Positions 58,962-64,000 of a stretch of DNA of 64,000 nt are shown piece after piece (the first letter of the stretch is position 1; each line of letters begins with the position of its first letter). This stretch comes from an uncultured delta proteobacterium (lineage in GTDB: Bacteria > Desulfobacterota > Binatia > Binatales > Binataceae), in assembly GCA_963842085.1 (NCBI GenBank), contig CAWJET010000002.1, positions 1,376,001 through 1,440,000 on the forward strand, read 5' to 3'. The position numbers and the translations under genes are program-made. The notes under the pieces were generated by a model. The model was not told where the DNA came from and made no database searches. It saw only the letters and a list, made by a program, of their open reading frames with translations.

Positions 58962-59259
58962 TATCCTGAGTTTGAGGTTCGATGACAAACAAAGCCTTGC
59001 GATTTTTCACATTTCTCCCGAAACATATGCTGCGAATCTCTAACTCAGGACAGTAAGTAGCCTTTGCCAGATGGCCAGCCCCAAGCGGTGTTCGTTCCGG
59101 GCGGGTTCGGTGGGGGGCGGAGGCGGTGACGCCGGCGCACACTCGCGTCGCCCGTGAGCACCCATAGAATTGCGACGCGCGTTGCATAAACGAGACACCT
59201 GGGGTGTATCGCGATTGCTATGGCAACAGTCCGGGTGCCGATTTTCCAGCATAATTTCA

Positions 59260-59275
59260 TGGCATAAGATTTGCT
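59260..59275 (+). promoter_or_regulatory. sigma54 (-24/-12) promoter upstream of the Tad cassette
   Basis: TGGCATAAGATTTGCT: GG-N10-GC spacing, close to TGGCAC-N5-TTGCW, 85 bp before the ATG. Confidence 0.7.
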
Positions 59276-59360
59276 ATTAAAGCTCTCTTGGAGTTATTTT
59301 ATACAACTTATACGTAGCAAGGTAATCTCTGTTTCTTTTGCGAGCTAGGAGGTTTTTGAG

Positions 59361-60863
59361 ATGAATCGCCTTCGTGGTCATGAACGTGGTCAAGTCCTAG
59401 CACTGGCCGCCATTTCGCTGGTGGTCGTTATCGGCTTCGTGGGGCTGGCGGTTGACGTCGGCATGCTGTGGACCGAACGCCGCCATATGCAGACCGCCGT
59501 GGATGCGGCAGCGGTAGCAGGCGCGGTTGCGCTCAGAGAAGGCGATAACGTGCAAAACGCCGGCACGGAAGCTGCGACTCTCAATTCGTTCACCAATGGC
59601 CAAAACAACGTGACCGTAACGATCAATCATCCGCCGCTGTCCGGCGCGTACGCCGGCAACAGCAGCTACGTCGAAGCAGTTGTCAACCAGTCTGAGCCTA
59701 CCTACTTTTTGCGCGCGCTCGGCTACAGAACGGTTAACGTAAGCACGCGCGCCGTCAGCGGAACGATCAATGGCCCCGCCTGCATGTACGCTTTGGACAA
59801 ATCGAAATCGGCAGCCATCGGAATAACCGGCAACTTCACGATTAGCGCGGCATGCGGAGTAATTGACGACTCGGACAGTAGCAGTGCCCTAAGCGCAACT
59901 GGCAACGGCACTTTCACTGCGACATCGTTCGGAATCGTCGGCAACTCCTCGGCCACCGGCAACGTCACCATCAGTCCGCATCCGATCCCCCACATAGCGC
60001 CTGCTCCGGATCCGCTGGCTTCGAAGGCCGGGCCGTTGGTGGGTAGCTGCACTCAGCAGTCGACCAATAAATCGGGCGGATTTTCGGTCAGCGGTAACAA
60101 TCCTGTCGTCACTGTTCCACCTGGAGTCTATCCGAGTGGAATCACCGTCGGCGGAAACAACGCCACCGTAACTTTCAGCGCCGGTACTTACGGCAACAAT
60201 ATCACTCTCAACGGAAACACTGGCAGCGTGACTTTTAATCCCGGGCAATACCAGAACACAGGCACCAGCGACAGCATCGACATCGGCGGCAACGCGACCA
60301 CGGTTTTCAACGCCGGCTCATACACTTTTTGCGGCGCTGTCAAGGTCACCGGAAATAACAACCTAACTCTCAGTCCGGGTCTCTATTCCGGCGGTATTAA
60401 CATTACCGGTAACGCCAACGTGACATTTCTCCCCGGCACCTACATACTGGCGGGCGGAGGCTTTTCAGTTACCGGCAACTCGACTCTACGCGGGACCAGA
60501 GTGACCTTTTACGACACCACCGGCCCCGCCGGATATGCGCCGATCGATCTGACCGGCAATGAGACCGCGAATCTGAGCGCGCCAACTTCTGGTCCAATGG
60601 AAGCAATGCTGTTCTTCCAGGATCGCTCGATTAGCGGCGGTGCAGGCTCCACGATCACTGGCAACTCGAGTTCGACCTTTGATGGGGTGGTTTATTTCCC
60701 GACCACCAGTCTGACCTTTACCGGCAACTCCAGTAGTGCGGGTTATACCTATCTCATCGCGGACACGATCACATTGACTGGCAACACAGCGATGACGATC
60801 GGCAACGATACGTCGTCGCTCGCCGACGGCTCTCCAATCAAATCGAGCGCACTGTATGAATAG
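59361..60863 (+). CDS. TadG-like pilus-associated protein with repetitive beta-helix C-terminus
   Basis: ERGQVL, GLAVDVG...MQTAVDAAAVAGA; repeated PGxY..GIxITGN units. Confidence 0.88.
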   Translation: MNRLRGHERGQVLALAAISLVVVIGFVGLAVDVGMLWTERRHMQTAVDAAAVAGAVALREGDNVQNAGTEAATLNSFTNGQNNVTVTINHPPLSGAYAGNSSYVEAVVNQSEPTYFLRALGYRTVNVSTRAVSGTINGPACMYALDKSKSAAIGITGNFTISAACGVIDDSDSSSALSATGNGTFTATSFGIVGNSSATGNVTISPHPIPHIAPAPDPLASKAGPLVGSCTQQSTNKSGGFSVSGNNPVVTVPPGVYPSGITVGGNNATVTFSAGTYGNNITLNGNTGSVTFNPGQYQNTGTSDSIDIGGNATTVFNAGSYTFCGAVKVTGNNNLTLSPGLYSGGINITGNANVTFLPGTYILAGGGFSVTGNSTLRGTRVTFYDTTGPAGYAPIDLTGNETANLSAPTSGPMEAMLFFQDRSISGGAGSTITGNSSSTFDGVVYFPTTSLTFTGNSSSAGYTYLIADTITLTGNTAMTIGNDTSSLADGSPIKSSALYE

Positions 60864-61335
60864 AGGCTACGCGCGCGGAAGATTGTCCGCGATGTCACGC
60901 AATCGCAAGTGGAGCAGGGGCCAATCGGCTGTCGAATTGGCAATCGCGGTGCCAGTCCTGGTGCTGCTGCTCGTGGTCGCGGCCGACTTCGCACGGGCGT
61001 TCTTCTTCAGCATCGCGGTCAATAACGCTGCCCGCGCGGGCGCGCAGTACGGATCGCAGACAGTGATAACGGCAGCGGACCTCAATGGGATGAAAAGTGC
61101 AGCCACGACCGATGGCAGCAACGTGCCGAGTCTAACCGCGACTGCATCGCAATGCACCTGCGAGTCACCAAGCGGATCGGTCACGCCATGTGCCGGCAGT
61201 TACTGTACGGCCAACGCGACGGCGACTTTCGTAGAGGTCGATACTTCCGCGCCGTTCACCACCATCGTGAAGTATCCGGGAGTGCCGCACTCATTGACGC
61301 TGACCGGGAAGGCGGTGATGCAGGTACAGGAATGA
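60856..61335 (+). CDS. TadE-like pseudopilin
   Basis: RGQSAVELAI...NNAARAGAQYG. Confidence 0.9.
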   Translation: MNRGYARGRLSAMSRNRKWSRGQSAVELAIAVPVLVLLLVVAADFARAFFFSIAVNNAARAGAQYGSQTVITAADLNGMKSAATTDGSNVPSLTATASQCTCESPSGSVTPCAGSYCTANATATFVEVDTSAPFTTIVKYPGVPHSLTLTGKAVMQVQE

Positions 61336-61754
61336 AAAGGCGCCCCATTTCGCTCCGGTTGGCGAGCCGATACGCCGGCCAGACAATGGCCGAATTCGCC
61401 GGCACGGCGACGGTCTTTTTGCTGCTGCTCTTCGGCATCATGGAAATGGCGCTGGCGGTGAACGCATACAACAACGTATGCACGGCTGCGCGTGAGGCGG
61501 CTCGCTACGCAATCGTTCACAGTCCCACCAGTGCCGTCCCGGAGAGTAATAGTACTATCGCCGGGATCGCCGTGAACTACGCGCCCTTTCTGACTACGAG
61601 CGACGTCACCATTTCATTTCCAAGCGATGCGGAGATCCCTTCGCAAAAAGACGCGCTGATCCAGATCACGCACACCTACCGGCTGCACGTTCCTTTCATG
61701 TCTGCCGTCAATCTCCACCTTAGCGCCAGTTCGCGAATGCTTGTTTCGCAGTAG
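61332..61754 (+). CDS. TadE/TadF-like pseudopilin
   Basis: GQTMAEFA...FGIME...AAREAARYA; ATGA overlap. Confidence 0.9.
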   Translation: MKRRPISLRLASRYAGQTMAEFAGTATVFLLLLFGIMEMALAVNAYNNVCTAAREAARYAIVHSPTSAVPESNSTIAGIAVNYAPFLTTSDVTISFPSDAEIPSQKDALIQITHTYRLHVPFMSAVNLHLSASSRMLVSQ

Positions 61755-61976
61755 CAAGCGGATTCCCTACCTCGATCCCGGGTAATCAGAGTGCTCCGTA
61801 TATCCGCGCTTCAGGGCGCCGGGTCTCAGAGCTTCGTGGGTTGGGAGCTGACCTGGTCGGGGGACAGCTATCTTTCCACGGCATGACGGACCCTGTTCAG
61901 AAATATGGATCAGATCGCGAGGCGAATTTCCGAAGAAAGGGCCACCTGCGACAACAGCTTCAGGCCGAGGAGCTTT

Positions 61977-62288
61977 TCAGACGAATTGCGGTATCCCGCC
62001 GGCGCATCCACCGCCGCCCACCGTTCCGACTTGCCCCGGGCCGAGCATGTCGGTGACTTCTTCCTCCAGCACATCCTGGAGCCAGCTCTGAATCCTGCTC
62101 CGCGTAAATTCCTCCAAGCTTCCCCACTGTGGGCGCTTCGCTAACTCCCTGCTTGACCGACGGCGCTCTGCTCGGTTTATGCTCTGCATCGGCGGTGTCC
62201 TCCTTCCTGCCGGTTCTCCAGCTGGGTCTCGTCTACCCGGAAGGTTACGCCGCCCTTTCTCTATTTCCACACCTCTCGGTTCTACCTC
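61977..62288 (-). mobile_element. IS256-family remnant (left end and transposase N-terminus)
   Basis: End GAGGTAGAACCGAGAGGTGTGGAAAT; WGSLEEFTRSRIQSWLQDVLEEEVTDMLG then frameshift and truncation. Confidence 0.65.
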
Positions 62289-62702
62289 ATCTGCGTCCCG
62301 CGGTGATCCAGGAGACGGTCGCGCCGATGCCATAATGCGACGGTCGAGTACTATCGGCCATTGGCATGCGCCAACCGTATTTCCGTCATCATCATCGGCG
62401 AATGTGCCGATAAACGGAAGCGTCTCAGCAAAACGGTCGTGCGGGCATTGTGTTAGCGAACACCCGTCCGTCTTCTCTCTTCTGATGACTAATTGGTTCT
62501 TACTTCGGATAGGCCTTCGGCTTCGCTCAGAACTTGTGAGTTCTTTTGGTTTGCGCGGATCGCGATTCCGGACAGTGCCTTGGCCGGCTTCATCATCTCG
62601 TCGAGTTGCAGAAGGCAGCACCACGAACCTGAGCGAAGTGTCTTTCTCAAAGGCACAAGGGTCTCCGGTAGAATTGGCCCGGCGATGTCTTGGAAATCCC
62701 GC

Positions 62703-62876
62703 AAAAGACTGTCAGTTGCTGTCAGTGCTCAATAGACGCGAACCACCATTGCGATTCTCGGAGCCTTTTCCATATTTTCCGTGGGAAAACCGGCCAAAAT
62801 GTGCCAGGAGGTCGGCTTTTCCGCGTCTTGTGCTGCGAGGCTACGGACGGTCACTGACAGCAACTGACAGTCTTTT
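62703..62876. repeat. perfect 25-bp inverted repeat with CTGACAG iterons (putative origin)
   Basis: AAAAGACTGTCAGTTGCTGTCAGTG (62703-62727) and its reverse complement (62852-62876). Confidence 0.85.
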
Positions 62877-64000
62877 CCCGGGTTCAGAAGCACAGACCAA
62901 GGATACCAGGCGTCTGCCCCGGATATCGGCGGGGCTGAACTGAATGTCGATTCCGACTGCGCGCAGGTTGCTTGCCATGCGGCGCAGCGCGCTGCCCAGC
63001 GCACTGGGCGCCTTGGGCCAGCGTACCGAGCGGCGCATGCTTTCGCTCATCATGCCGGTGAGCCGCGCGTGCAGTTCTGTGACCGTCCCGCTGAAGCCCT
63101 CCCGGGCCAGTTGGGCAACAGGCTCGTACAAGGGCGAGGAGTCAAGCGCCAGGTTGTGCGTCTCTGGAGTTGACCCGGTTTCGTGGAGTGTGTTGGGGAA
63201 GAGAGTGAGGGCTGGGGCCGAAAAGCTGGTACCAGATGAACATCAAAACGGAACTCTCGACGAGACAAAACCAATGAACTAAAACCAAGCCCTAAACCGT
63301 CCACCGAAACGGGGCAGCTCCACTCGGTGCGGTTGGACTGGTAGGTAGCCAGGGCCTCTCCTGGTTTCATACCGAGGCTTTCCTCGCACGCCTTTACCCA
63401 GAGCGCGAAGTCGGCCATCCGCGGCGGCTGCTCGAGCGTGACATTGGGCAGGTTCCCAAGTCCGGCCACAACCGCATCGAGCAATGCACCGAGGATGCGC
63501 GGTTGTGCCTCCTCGAAATCGCGCCAGAACTGGGCTTCGTCGCGGCGCCTCTCGGGCTTGAGGTCGAGCAACTCCACGATCACTGCGCGATCAAGAAAGT
63601 CGGGGCGTGCGGCACCCAGGTCGGGAATCGCGTTGAACACTATGGGCCGGGTAGCGTCGAAGATCGCTTCCTCATGATCGCTGTAGAGTTCCCGGCCACC
63701 GAAGCCGCCGCCGGTGGCCAGCCGGCAAGCTGCATCGGCGAGTTCGTCGGGCAGGTGGCTCAGGTTATCGAAGCAGACGAGCCAGGAGTTCCTTGCCGCC
63801 GCCGTCAGATCGCGGACTTCACGGGGGACGCCGCGCAGGGCCCCGGTGCGCGGGTCGACCAGCGCGCTGATGATTCTGCACGCGGTGGTCTTGCCCGCTC
63901 CCTGCTCACCCTTGGCGACCAGGATGGGGCACGGTACGCCGGGCCGCAGCGCCGCGACCAGAAAGGTCTTGATCAGAGTCCAGCCCTGGTGGTCGACGTT
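62841..64000 (-). pseudogene. phage/plasmid replication-type P-loop ATPase (helicase-like), interrupted by a MITE; 5' end outside window
   Basis: Walker A GEQGAGKT, VCFDN, RLATGGGF..RELYSD, FLDR. Confidence 0.8.
63165..63322. mobile_element. 158-bp MITE with IS3-type TG...CA ends and CTC target duplication
   Basis: TGGAGTTGACCCGGTTTCGTGGA / (rc) TGGAGCTGCCCCGTTTCGGTGGA; CTC at 63162-63164 and 63323-63325. Confidence 0.88.

Overview
High-GC bacterial chromosome segment. Gene families such as DUF1329, paired DUF507 and MKPRHAAALALVGWYL-type secreted proteins suggest Candidatus Binatota, but this is inference. (1) 1-13.2 kb: a decayed accessory zone with an IS3 that fuses two unrelated broken genes, VapC, TauD and superinfection-immunity relics, an orphan contractile-injection tail-tube gene and a dispersed degenerate repeat. 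(2) 13.3-25.7 kb: an intact, tightly coupled, unexplained metabolic cluster and the best candidate for an undescribed system. It encodes a thiolase, a U32 Fe-S protein, one PaaK-like ligase plus two apparently catalytically dead ANL paralogues, two nitroreductase-fold proteins, a family I CoA-transferase, a stand-alone integrase-N-terminal-like domain and a radical SAM enzyme. (3) 25.9-31.7 kb: a pseudogene graveyard with an inverted paralogue of the MFS gene at the window start (fold-back junction) and a MITE. (4) 32-55.8 kb: mostly core-like genes (HtrA, diiron protein, TPP enzyme, B12 radical SAM, ptsP, PPIase, LLM, GH29, HDAC, tatBC, GH15). (5) 56.3-64 kb: a chain of ISs and MITEs joined at CTAG sites, a sigma54-type TadG/TadE/TadE cassette and a decaying integrative element. 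No rRNA, tRNA or CRISPR array was seen. Family calls come from motif recognition by eye; no database searches were run.
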